Made by a program: the position numbers and the translations under genes
Origin: Gloeobacterales cyanobacterium
Lineage (GTDB): Bacteria > Cyanobacteriota > Cyanobacteriia > Gloeobacterales > Anthocerotibacteraceae
Reading direction: 5' to 3'
NCBI GenBank assembly: GCA_038226175.1
Contig: JBBRQP010000008.1
Coordinates: forward strand, 2,711-66,710
DNA length: 64,000 nucleotides
Notes under the pieces: generated by a model
Database searches by the model: none
What the model saw: only the letters and a program-made list of their open reading frames with translations
Told to the model about the DNA's origin: nothing
In this document: positions 18,396 through 27,635 of the stretch, piece after piece
Layout: the number at the start of each line of letters is the position of its first letter
How positions within the stretch are numbered: the first letter of the stretch is position 1

Positions 18396-18914
18396 ATGAG
18401 TCAGAAATCTTTTTGGGTTAAAGCACAAGGATCTTCACTCCTTCAAGGTGATCTCTTGGAAGATTGTTGGATTCCTATACTTGGCGAAGAATATGGCGAA
18501 GATGACAGTCAAATGATAATTCCCATAGATAAAGTTAACCTTATTGTCTTAACTCAAAGTTGTGATTTGGAGAATGGCAAAGTTGACCTAGTCGCTATGT
18601 GTCCCATATTCAAGTTGATTGATTTTGAAGAGATTAATCCTAATTTTGCAAAGAAGTGGGAAGAGGTTCGTAAAGGCAGGATTGAAGGTTTACATTTACT
18701 AGCCTCCCCAACGAATCCAGAAAATAATCGTGAAGCACTAGTAGTGGATTTTCGAGAAATTTATAGCCTGCCTATAGGATATCTAAAACGTAGAGCTACG
18801 CAAGCAGAATCTCACTGGCGTTTAGACTCTCCTTATCTAGAACACTTTTCTCAATCGTTTGCTCGATTTTTTATGAGAGTAGGATTACCATCTGCGATTG
18901 CGCCTTTTAAATAA
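18396..18914 (+). CDS. Hypothetical protein (172 aa) with a conserved-looking TQSCDL motif
   Basis: It starts 3 nt after the previous stop. A hydrophobic strand, NLIVL, is followed by TQSCDLENGK. The C-terminus reads SPYLEHFSQSFARFFMRVGLP. I recognise no family. Confidence 0.55.
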   Translation: MSQKSFWVKAQGSSLLQGDLLEDCWIPILGEEYGEDDSQMIIPIDKVNLIVLTQSCDLENGKVDLVAMCPIFKLIDFEEINPNFAKKWEEVRKGRIEGLHLLASPTNPENNREALVVDFREIYSLPIGYLKRRATQAESHWRLDSPYLEHFSQSFARFFMRVGLPSAIAPFK

Positions 18915-19085
18915 TAGTCAGCTCTCGCGTGACCAGACAACACTACAAACAAAAGCATTAGAGAGGTGTTGATGCGTTGCCAGGACGTAGATTAAGCAAG
19001 CCACCGCCCAGATAGTTTTTCAGTCATACCTTTTCCAGTTGGGCTTGATGAGGCACAATGATAAGAAGCAATCAGGAAACAATCG

Positions 19086-19700
19086 ATGGATGTGATGGCG
19101 TTTTTTCGGGCCTGTGAAGGTCGGTGGTATTCCCAACGGGTTAGCCATCACCTAGCTTTTCGTAGACAAGAAAAAGGCGAGTCAGAAATCACAATCCTCT
19201 GTTTACCCGCTGACCATCCAGAGGTCGTGGCCCTGTGTGAATTGCATCAAAAGAATCCAACTCAGGCCATGGGAGCAGCCCTAGTGACTTGGAAGGGGAC
19301 TTTGCAAGGCGATAACCTTAATCATGATGGGCGTTCGCTGATGGTACCCATACCCGATGATGCCACAGGCCGCGCTGGTACCCTGTTGCGGGATTTGGGC
19401 TATGCCGAAAGTGTGCCTGTCGCCGGACAGTATCGCCTCGCAGATGATGATGCACTCTTGCTCTCGACCTGTTACCAGCAGACCGAATCTGAGGAGCGGT
19501 TTAGCTTTGCCAGCGAAAATTTACGCTTTCGGGCCAGTACCCTCAAAAATAATGGTGGTCTGAGTATGACAACATTTTGTACAGAAATGCGCCTTAACGA
19601 AGGCGAGAACCGTCCGCAAAATGTCCAAGACCGTTTAGGTACAACAGGTGAACCCCTCAAACCAACTAGTGCTGCGAGCTATTCGGCCTTAGGCGGTTGA
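19086..19700 (+). CDS. Phycobiliprotein lyase, CpcS/CpeS family
   Basis: The N-terminal FFRACEGRWYSQRVSHHLAF matches the F..S.G.W.S.R..HHL signature of S-type bilin lyases. 204 aa. Confidence 0.75.
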   Translation: MDVMAFFRACEGRWYSQRVSHHLAFRRQEKGESEITILCLPADHPEVVALCELHQKNPTQAMGAALVTWKGTLQGDNLNHDGRSLMVPIPDDATGRAGTLLRDLGYAESVPVAGQYRLADDDALLLSTCYQQTESEERFSFASENLRFRASTLKNNGGLSMTTFCTEMRLNEGENRPQNVQDRLGTTGEPLKPTSAASYSALGG

Positions 19701-19752
19701 AGCTCCAAAGATCAAGTACGCTGAAGGGTAGCAAACACCAGCTAGGACGAGG

Positions 19753-20223
19753 GTGATGGCCTACCCAATTGTGACCAATGGTAAGACATTTGTAGATGAA
19801 GTGCTCAAAGAAGGCACCGTTGCACTCTGGTCTCCTCCCGAAGGCGGATTTGAGGGCAACTATCGGCGGCGGGTACGCGAGGCAGGCTATGTTTCCCTTC
19901 AGATGTCGGCTCGGGGTTTGGGAGATCCGGCCCGTTATCTGACCGAAAATCACACCGTGCGTCCGGCACACCTCGGTAAAAAAGATAAATATGTCCATAA
20001 TTTCCCGCCCATTATCCAAACTAATTTAGCTAGTCTGCCGCCCAATGCCAAAGGTCTTTTGTTGTGGATCATCGAAGGCAAAGTCTTAGCTGTACAGGAA
20101 TTAGAATTTTTGATTCTGCTGACTAGCCAAGAAACCCGCGTCAAAATCGTCATTGAAATGGGTAGTGACCCTAAAGTCCGCTGGCAACCCCTACGCACCT
20201 ACCTCCAAGAACGGGGCTTCTAG
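19753..20223 (+). CDS. ndhN: NAD(P)H-quinone oxidoreductase subunit N
   Basis: 156 aa. PPEGGFEGNYRRRVREAGY and overall collinearity match cyanobacterial NdhN. Confidence 0.85.
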   Translation: MMAYPIVTNGKTFVDEVLKEGTVALWSPPEGGFEGNYRRRVREAGYVSLQMSARGLGDPARYLTENHTVRPAHLGKKDKYVHNFPPIIQTNLASLPPNAKGLLLWIIEGKVLAVQELEFLILLTSQETRVKIVIEMGSDPKVRWQPLRTYLQERGF

Positions 20224-20225
20224 GC

Positions 20226-21011
20226 GTGGACTGGCTGTCGGGGCTAGTCGCTGCACTGCTGGCTGTCGGGGCTGTAGGAGGCGTGGCTGTGGATGAAATT
20301 CTCACCAAACAGTTGCGCAATCAAATTCAAAGTGCTGAGAGGCTCGAAGTGCGGGTACAGAGTGTTCCCAATTATCGTTTAGCCCTCGGTGAAATTGATC
20401 GGGTACGGGTTGCCGGGCGGGGTGTACTGCTGCAACCAGGATTTCGGGTGGCTTTGGTTGAGCTTGAATCTGACCCGATCAAACTTGATTTGAATAACCT
20501 AAGTCATTTGGCTCAGCCCGTCAAAGCAGCGGCTCGGGTGCAACTCACCGAAGCTGATTTGAATATCGCGCTGAATATGCCGCAAATCTTAGCTTCTCTA
20601 AAAGGTATCCGCGCCGAATTACCCAGTCTATCGGGAGGAGCCGCCCAACTCGAAACATTTGATCTGACTCAGCCGCAAATTCAGCTCACTCAGGGTGAAA
20701 TCGCGATCTCGGCTCTGCTCTCAGTGGTGGGCAAAACCCCGCCGGGACAGGAGATTCGTTTTACAATTCGTACAGCCTTAGGCGTAGATAAGGGCACAAA
20801 ATTACAATTTTTACACCCGCAATTTCTGCTTGATGGCGTCGAAGTACCGCCAGATTTGGGAGAAATTTTTAGTGGCGCGCTCAATACTGTGATTAATCTC
20901 GATACTTTACGCCAACAGGGTATCACCGGACGCATTTTGCGCTTGAGCTTGACCCCTGGTCAATTAGAGTTGATTGGGTTTGCGCAGATTGACCGTCTAC
21001 CAGGGTCGTGA
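20226..21011 (+). CDS. DUF2993 (LmeA-like) family protein
   Basis: It has a GTG start, an N-terminal TM segment, and repeated strand-rich segments typical of DUF2993 proteins. It lies 2 nt after ndhN. Confidence 0.55.
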   Translation: MDWLSGLVAALLAVGAVGGVAVDEILTKQLRNQIQSAERLEVRVQSVPNYRLALGEIDRVRVAGRGVLLQPGFRVALVELESDPIKLDLNNLSHLAQPVKAAARVQLTEADLNIALNMPQILASLKGIRAELPSLSGGAAQLETFDLTQPQIQLTQGEIAISALLSVVGKTPPGQEIRFTIRTALGVDKGTKLQFLHPQFLLDGVEVPPDLGEIFSGALNTVINLDTLRQQGITGRILRLSLTPGQLELIGFAQIDRLPGS

Positions 21012-21107
21012 GTATGTGAGGCTTCTGCAATAAATATGACATTTCGGATGGTACGCCCAGAGACTTTATAAAATAGAGAGAAAGCTTGTTTTTAAGGAGT
21101 TACGGCA

Positions 21108-22229
21108 ATGCCGCTATCCAATCCCTTGTGCCTGGTTAACGAATTTGGTCAAAGTTTATGGCTTGATGATTTGCGACGTGACCTGATCACCTCCGGCGAA
21201 CTCAAGCGGCTAATCGAAGAAGAATGTGTGCGTGGTCTAACTTCTAACCCCACTATTTTCCAAAAAGCCATCACAGGTAGTAGTGCTTACGATGAGCAGA
21301 TCCAACCTTTGGCTGATGCGGGTAATTCGGTCGATGAGATCTATGAAGCTCTGGTGATCAAAGATATCCGGGCTGCCGCAGATTTATTTTTACCCCTCTA
21401 CACCGATACCAATGGCGCTGATGGTTATGTCAGCATCGAAGTTTCACCCAAGCTAGCTTACGACACTGCCGGAACCGTCCAAGAAGCCCTGCGCTTTTGG
21501 CAGACAATTGACCGTCCCAATATCATGATTAAAATCCCCGCGACTCTCGAAGGGGTGCCAGCCATACAACAAGTCATTGCGGCGGGCATTAATGTCAATG
21601 TCACCTTGATTTTTAGCCTTGAGCGCTATCAAGCCGTAGTCGATGCCTACCTGAGTGGGTTAGAAGCCTTGGCAAATCAAGGCGGCGATGTGAGCCGTAT
21701 TGCTTCGGTGGCAAGTTTCTTTGTCTCACGGGTTGATGCTGCTGTCGATAAATTGCTTGAAGCAAAACAAGCCGCCGGGGAAGATGTCAGTGCACTATTG
21801 GGTAAAGCTGCGATTGCTAATGCAGCGGTGGCTTATCACATTTGGGAAGAAATCTCTAAAGGTGAACGCTTCGCAGGACTCAAAGCAAAAGGTGCGCATC
21901 CCCAACGCTTGCTCTGGGCGAGTACGGGTACCAAAAACCCCAACTATCGTGATGTTCTCTATGTAGAAGAGTTGATCGGCGATCAAACTGTCGATACCGT
22001 CCCGCCAGCGACGTTAGACGCTTTCCGGGATCATGGTGTGGCACGCGCGACCCTAGCCGAAAAAACTGTTGATGCCCAAGCCATGCTCGATCGCCTAGCA
22101 GCAGCGGGTATTGACCTCGCCGCTGTCACCCACAAACTCGAAGAAGATGGCGTAAAATCCTTTGCTGCGTCCTTCGATGACCTGATCAATGCGCTGGCTG
22201 CTAAACGTAAAGTTATGGTGTCCGTGTAG
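21108..22229 (+). CDS. tal: Transaldolase
   Basis: 373 aa. It has GQSLWLDDLRR, the GLTSNPTIF motif and IKIPAT (the Schiff-base Lys region). Confidence 0.9.
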   Translation: MPLSNPLCLVNEFGQSLWLDDLRRDLITSGELKRLIEEECVRGLTSNPTIFQKAITGSSAYDEQIQPLADAGNSVDEIYEALVIKDIRAAADLFLPLYTDTNGADGYVSIEVSPKLAYDTAGTVQEALRFWQTIDRPNIMIKIPATLEGVPAIQQVIAAGINVNVTLIFSLERYQAVVDAYLSGLEALANQGGDVSRIASVASFFVSRVDAAVDKLLEAKQAAGEDVSALLGKAAIANAAVAYHIWEEISKGERFAGLKAKGAHPQRLLWASTGTKNPNYRDVLYVEELIGDQTVDTVPPATLDAFRDHGVARATLAEKTVDAQAMLDRLAAAGIDLAAVTHKLEEDGVKSFAASFDDLINALAAKRKVMVSV

Positions 22230-22320
22230 GGTGCTCAGCTCAATACGCCATCTTCTGCGCCCAGGAGATGGCTAAAAACCGGAATCTGAGCTGCTCAATT
22301 CCATCTGCTAGGCTAGAGGC

Positions 22321-23097
22321 ATGGTGAGATCTTTGATGAATAACCTATCTTTAGTCGGTCTGCATAACCATACCTGTACCAGTGACGGTTTATTTTCACC
22401 ACAACAATTGACCGCTCATGCTCAGCAACAGGGCTATCAAAAATTAGCGATTAGCGATCACAATACGATTCACGGTTGGCTAGATTTAGACCTGCCAAAA
22501 AATGTTGTAGGTGCCATCGAATTATCTGGGATCTGTCCAGATACGGGCATTGAAATACATTTTTTGGGTTATCATCTGACACTCACTGCCGAATTGCTGG
22601 CTTATTCACAGCTATTTGCTGACCTCTATGAAGCGGCTTGGCAGGCCACATTACAAAATTTAGGTACCGAAACCTTATCAAAAACCCTAAGCCAACGCGG
22701 TCAAGCAATTCAAGATTTGATCAATTTAGGCATCCATCCTCAGATGATCGTGGCCGAGTGGTTGCGGGTACAAAATGTCTGGCGCGGCGAAAATCAAGGG
22801 TTATCCTATTTGAGTTGTGCTGATGCCGTAGCAATGCTGCGCCGGGCGGGCGCTTTTATTGCAATTGCCCATCCCCAGCGTTATGCGCGTGCCATGAATG
22901 AAGATTTGATTGACCGCGTTGATGCGCTGGAGGTCTATCACCCGAGCCATAATCCAGAAATTCGTCAATTTTGGCGTGATATCGCGGTGCGCTTGGATAA
23001 ACAAGTGACGGGAGGTCATGATTTTCATGGCTGGAATCAGCCTCATTGTCTACCAACGCCACTTGCCCTTACAGATGAGCGGTTATTTATCCCATGA
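22321..23097 (+). CDS. PHP-domain metal-dependent phosphoesterase
   Basis: It has the LHNHTCTSDG and ISDHNT PHP motifs, with later His residues (AIAHP, EVYHP). Its stop overlaps the pdxA ATG (ATGA at 23094-23097). Confidence 0.7.
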   Translation: MVRSLMNNLSLVGLHNHTCTSDGLFSPQQLTAHAQQQGYQKLAISDHNTIHGWLDLDLPKNVVGAIELSGICPDTGIEIHFLGYHLTLTAELLAYSQLFADLYEAAWQATLQNLGTETLSKTLSQRGQAIQDLINLGIHPQMIVAEWLRVQNVWRGENQGLSYLSCADAVAMLRRAGAFIAIAHPQRYARAMNEDLIDRVDALEVYHPSHNPEIRQFWRDIAVRLDKQVTGGHDFHGWNQPHCLPTPLALTDERLFIP

Positions 23098-24053
23098 AAC
23101 CGTTGATCCTAACCCTGGGTGACCCGGCAGGCATTGGTGCCGAGTTGATCTTACGGGCCTTAGCCGTTCAGGATTGGCACAAACGCTGTGTTGTCGTGGG
23201 CAGTCGCGCAGTGCTAGAGCAAACCTACGCACTATTGCGAGAGCAAGTATTATGTCTCGATCCGCAATTACTTCAGCTCATCGATCTACCCACAGCCGAA
23301 TTTGTCTATGGGCACCATCAAGCGGCGAGTGGGGATGCCAGTTTTCGGTATCTGACAACCGCGCTCACTTGGGTCAAAACTGGGCAAGCTAGAGCCATAG
23401 TGACCGCTCCGATTTCTAAAACGGCCTGGCACCTAGCAGGACATCAGTATCCTGGTCAAACAGAAGTCTTAGCTCAGGGTTATGATCGTTACGGCATGAT
23501 GTTTGTGGCACGTTCTCCCCATAGCGGCTGGTGTTGGCGGCTTTTGCTGGCGACCACGCATTTGCCGTTACGCCAAGTCCCCGAGGTGCTCAATGCTGCG
23601 TTGGTGGGCTGGAAATTAGATTTGTTAGCTGAGACTTTGCGCGCGACATTTGATCTACCAAACGCCCAGATCAGTGTTGCCGGACTCAATCCTCACAGTG
23701 GCGAACAGGGACAACTAGGCACAGAAGAGCAAGATTGGCTCATTCCCTTACTCTCTACCTATCCTCAGGTCACGGGCCCCGTTCCACCAGATACGCTCTG
23801 GGTCAAAGCCGGACAGGCTTGGTTTGATGCCTCTGTCATGGCTCCTGATGGCTATCTCGCCCTCTACCATGACCAAGGACTGATCCCACTTAAATTATTG
23901 GCCTTTGATTATGCGGTGAATATGACCGTGGGCTTGCCGTTTTTGCGTACGTCACCGGATCACGGGACAGCCTTTGATATCACTGGTCAAGGCATCGCCC
24001 GGATCACAAGTTTTCTGGAAGCCTTAGCCTGGGCAGACCAGTTGACGCGCTAA
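23094..24053 (+). CDS. pdxA: 4-hydroxythreonine-4-phosphate dehydrogenase
   Basis: It has LTLGDPAGIGAEL, the GLNPHSGE motif and SPDHGTAFDI. 319 aa. Confidence 0.9.
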   Translation: MKPLILTLGDPAGIGAELILRALAVQDWHKRCVVVGSRAVLEQTYALLREQVLCLDPQLLQLIDLPTAEFVYGHHQAASGDASFRYLTTALTWVKTGQARAIVTAPISKTAWHLAGHQYPGQTEVLAQGYDRYGMMFVARSPHSGWCWRLLLATTHLPLRQVPEVLNAALVGWKLDLLAETLRATFDLPNAQISVAGLNPHSGEQGQLGTEEQDWLIPLLSTYPQVTGPVPPDTLWVKAGQAWFDASVMAPDGYLALYHDQGLIPLKLLAFDYAVNMTVGLPFLRTSPDHGTAFDITGQGIARITSFLEALAWADQLTR

Positions 24054-24098
24054 GGTCAGCAACTCTCAGAGTAGGATAGAAATATTACTCACATTGTC

Positions 24099-26390
24099 AT
24101 GTCAAAACTGTCTTTAAGCATTAAACATACCGTAACCAATACAGGAAATCTAATGCTGAGGACACGTTGGTTAATACTTTTCGTTTTAAGTTGGGTCACC
24201 TTAGTTGCCATTACACCGCTCAAAGCTCTCCCCCCAAATTCAACATCCATGAATATCAATACAAAATTTCTCCATGACTTAGCTGAGACTCGTAACTTTA
24301 CCCTAGGCCGCCCTGTTAATCCCCAGCCTACACCCGCTGGTGATGCCGTTATTTTTCTGAGGGCTAAGCCACGCTTACCAGTGCTAAGTCTATATCAGTA
24401 CAGCCTTAGTACCGGTCAAACCCAAGAGCTACTTACGCCTGCCCAATTACTTAAAGGAGCCAGCGAAACCCTCTCTGCTGCCGAACAATCCCGCCGCGAA
24501 CGCCAACGTATTACCGCCCAAGGGTTTACCAGTTTTGCCATCAGCCCAGATGGGAAATCCCTGCTTGTCAGCTTAGCGGGTAAAGCCTATTTAGTTGACC
24601 GAACGACACTCCAAGTGCGCGAACTGCCCCTAGGCCGAGGTACGCTGATTGACCCACGTTTTGCGCCTGATAGTTCTCAGATTGCCTACATCTTGGATTA
24701 TGACCTCTACACGCTAAACCTCAAAACCTTTACCCGTCAACAAATAACCAAAGGCGGCAATGAAGACATAACCCATGGCCTAGCCGAATTTGTTGCCCAA
24801 GAAGAAATGGATCGTGACCGTGGCTACTGGTGGTCACCGGATCAGCACTATCTTGCTTACGAAATCGCCGATGCGCGCGCTGTCGAACTCTGGCAAGTCA
24901 GTGATCCAGCAAATCCTGGTATTCAACCGGTTTATCAGCGTTATCCCCGCCCTGGTCACAATAATGTAGTCGTCAAGTTAGGCATTATCAAAGCAACTGG
25001 TGGCAAAACCACACTAGTGCAGTGGGATCAACAGCGTTATCCCTATCTGGTCAGTGTGCACTGGGACAAAGGTAGTCCCTTAACCCTGCTTGTCCAAGAC
25101 CGTCTACAGCATGAAACCGCCCTCCTCACCGCCGATGTGCATACTGGGAAAACTCAGTCACTTTTGCGTGAACACAGTACAACCTGGATCGAGGCCGACC
25201 AACATACGCCGCTTTGGCTAGCGGATGGTTCGGGGTTTATTTGGAGTAGTGACCGGGCTGAATCGGGCGGCTGGCAAGTGGAGTTACGCAATGCCCAAGG
25301 TCAATTACAGCGGGTATTAGTGACAGCCCAAGCTGGGTACCGACCGACTAATGGGCTATCTCTAGATACCAAGAGTCGCCAACTTTATTATCATGCCAGT
25401 CCTGACCCGACCCAAGTTCAGCTCTGGCGCGTGGGGTTAGACAAGAGTGAAGCTGTGCCTTTGAGTACAGAAGCTGGCCTGTATAAAGCCGTTTACAGCG
25501 ATAATCATCAACTGTCTGTCTATAGCTATAGTGGGTTACACAGCCTAAGACGGACTACAGTTCATGGTGCTGATGGTCAGATCATCACCGAATTACCCTC
25601 CGTTGCCGAAGAACCGCCATTTATTCCTACTACAGAGATTATCAAAGTAGGTGAGGGCGAAGGTTTTTATACAGCTGTCACCCGTCCGCGAGATTTTGAT
25701 CCAGCGCGTAAATATCCGGTTATTGACAGTGTCTATGGTGGGCCGGGTTTTCAGCGGGTGACAGCGGCGATGGGCAGTTATCTCAATGACCAATGGCTAG
25801 CCGATCAGGGCTTTGTGGTCATCAGTGCCGATGGGCGCGGTACCCCAGGACGTGGTCATGATTGGGAACACGCTATTTATGGCAATCTTGCCGATATGCC
25901 ACTGCTTGATCAAGTAGCTGTCCTCACTGCTCTGGCTAAGCAATTACCCCAAGTTGATCTAACCCACATTGGTATTACGGGCAGTTCATTTGGCGGTTAC
26001 TTATCGGCTCTAGCTGTACTGCGCCGCCCGGATATTTTTAAAGCAGCGGTAGCCAAATCCTCGGTTGCAGATTGGCTTGATTACGATACTTATTACACAG
26101 AGCGGTATCTGGGTCTACCTCAGGATAATCCGGCTGGTTATCAAGCAAGCTCACTGCTGACCTATGCCCCAAAACTTAGCCAACCGCTTTTATTGATTCA
26201 TGGCACTGCCGACGATAATGTCTATTTTTTGCATAGTCTCAAACTTTCTCAAGCCCTCTTTTTGGCAAGTCAACCCCATACATTTTTACCGTTGAGTGGG
26301 CTTACGCACCAAATCAATTCTCCGATGGTGCAAGAACGTTTAGGGATGCTCAGTATCAATTTCTTTCGGGAGCATCTGGGTTTTAAATAG
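24099..26390 (+). CDS. S9 family serine peptidase (dipeptidyl-peptidase IV-like)
   Basis: It has an N-terminal beta-propeller region and a C-terminal hydrolase domain with the nucleophile GITGSSFGGY, the Asp in HGTADDNV and a later His. The true start may be an internal Met after the first about 18 codons. Confidence 0.85.
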   Translation: MSKLSLSIKHTVTNTGNLMLRTRWLILFVLSWVTLVAITPLKALPPNSTSMNINTKFLHDLAETRNFTLGRPVNPQPTPAGDAVIFLRAKPRLPVLSLYQYSLSTGQTQELLTPAQLLKGASETLSAAEQSRRERQRITAQGFTSFAISPDGKSLLVSLAGKAYLVDRTTLQVRELPLGRGTLIDPRFAPDSSQIAYILDYDLYTLNLKTFTRQQITKGGNEDITHGLAEFVAQEEMDRDRGYWWSPDQHYLAYEIADARAVELWQVSDPANPGIQPVYQRYPRPGHNNVVVKLGIIKATGGKTTLVQWDQQRYPYLVSVHWDKGSPLTLLVQDRLQHETALLTADVHTGKTQSLLREHSTTWIEADQHTPLWLADGSGFIWSSDRAESGGWQVELRNAQGQLQRVLVTAQAGYRPTNGLSLDTKSRQLYYHASPDPTQVQLWRVGLDKSEAVPLSTEAGLYKAVYSDNHQLSVYSYSGLHSLRRTTVHGADGQIITELPSVAEEPPFIPTTEIIKVGEGEGFYTAVTRPRDFDPARKYPVIDSVYGGPGFQRVTAAMGSYLNDQWLADQGFVVISADGRGTPGRGHDWEHAIYGNLADMPLLDQVAVLTALAKQLPQVDLTHIGITGSSFGGYLSALAVLRRPDIFKAAVAKSSVADWLDYDTYYTERYLGLPQDNPAGYQASSLLTYAPKLSQPLLLIHGTADDNVYFLHSLKLSQALFLASQPHTFLPLSGLTHQINSPMVQERLGMLSINFFREHLGFK

Positions 26391-26509
26391 CACGCTGATG
26401 GCTACAAAAAGCCCGACATAGTAGTTCTTAAATCGATCTTGAGCTTAGGTAAAAGTCACACTTCTGAGCGTTAAAATAGAGAAACATCTCTTAATGAAAG
26501 CGGCAAAGC

Positions 26510-27592
26510 GTGGACAGCACCAAGGTTTCAACTCTCGCCCCCCAACGCCTTGAACGCGGTTGGCAGATACTCCCACATTTACAAACTTTAGCGACTTGGG
26601 GCAAGCGCATTTTGATTATTAGTGGCACCCATACCCAAGCCCGCTTTGGTGCTGAGGTAACTGCTGTCTTGACTGATTTCACCGTGGACTGGGGTGATTA
26701 CGGCATAGACTGCTGCGAACAAACCTTTGAACCGCTCGTGCAACAGGCGCGACAAGCTGATTGGATCGTAGGTCTTGGTGGCGGCAAGGCTCTCGATATG
26801 GCGAAATGGGTTGCCCAGACCACGAATTTACCCGTAGTGACGGTGCCCACGAGTGCTGCAACTTGTGCTGCTTGGGCACCTTTATCTAATGTTTATTCAC
26901 CCCAAGGCACTTGGCTGTATGGTGTGCCTTTGACTAAAGCTCCAGAACTATTGTTGCTGGATTATCAGCTATTGCGTAATGCTCCTCAGCGTACCCTGGT
27001 TGCCGGGATTGGTGATGCTCTAGCCAAATGGTATGAAGCCTCAGTGAGTAGCTCTCAAGCCGATGACCCATTGATCATGGCGGCTGTGCAACAAGCGCGT
27101 ACTTTGCGTGATTTATTACTTTTGCGTGGACAGGCTGCTTACCAAAATCCCGGTAGCCCTGTCTGGACTCAGATTGTTGATGCCAATATTTGTTTAGCTG
27201 GCTTAGTCGGGGGCTTGGGGGGCGACCGTTGCCGAACTGTGGCAGCCCATGCGGTGCATAATGCCCTGACCACGCTGACAACGACCCGGCATAGTCTCCA
27301 CGGCGAAAAAGTAGCCTATGGCATCTTGGTGCAATTGCGTCTCGAAGAAACAGCAGGTAACCGTCTAGCGGAGATTGCACGTCAACAACTACTTAAGTTT
27401 TATCTGCAAATCGGTTTGCCGACGCGCCTTGAAGACCTACATTTAGGTACTCTCAGCCAAGCAGATTTATTTAAAGTAGCGACAGCTGCGTGTCAGCCGG
27501 ATTCTGACCTGCATTTATTACCTTTTGCAGTTTCGCCAGAGCAACTACTCGAAGCTCTCGTACTAGAGGAAGCCGTACTAGGCCGAGTTTAG
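26510..27592 (+). CDS. Iron-containing alcohol dehydrogenase family protein (glycerol dehydrogenase-like)
   Basis: It has GLGGGKALDMAK (the GGGS..D.AK motif) and the metal-binding His residues AAHAVHNAL and LHGEKVAYG. GTG start. Confidence 0.75.
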   Translation: MDSTKVSTLAPQRLERGWQILPHLQTLATWGKRILIISGTHTQARFGAEVTAVLTDFTVDWGDYGIDCCEQTFEPLVQQARQADWIVGLGGGKALDMAKWVAQTTNLPVVTVPTSAATCAAWAPLSNVYSPQGTWLYGVPLTKAPELLLLDYQLLRNAPQRTLVAGIGDALAKWYEASVSSSQADDPLIMAAVQQARTLRDLLLLRGQAAYQNPGSPVWTQIVDANICLAGLVGGLGGDRCRTVAAHAVHNALTTLTTTRHSLHGEKVAYGILVQLRLEETAGNRLAEIARQQLLKFYLQIGLPTRLEDLHLGTLSQADLFKVATAACQPDSDLHLLPFAVSPEQLLEALVLEEAVLGRV

Positions 27593-27635
27593 CTTATGAG
27601 ATGGGGTATAACCGAATCAAGCCCTGAGCATCGCC

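Noticed and set aside
19666-20198. Minus-strand ORFs (117 and 82 aa) opposite ndhN.
   Set aside because: They are antisense to a clearly recognisable NdhN CDS and have no motifs.
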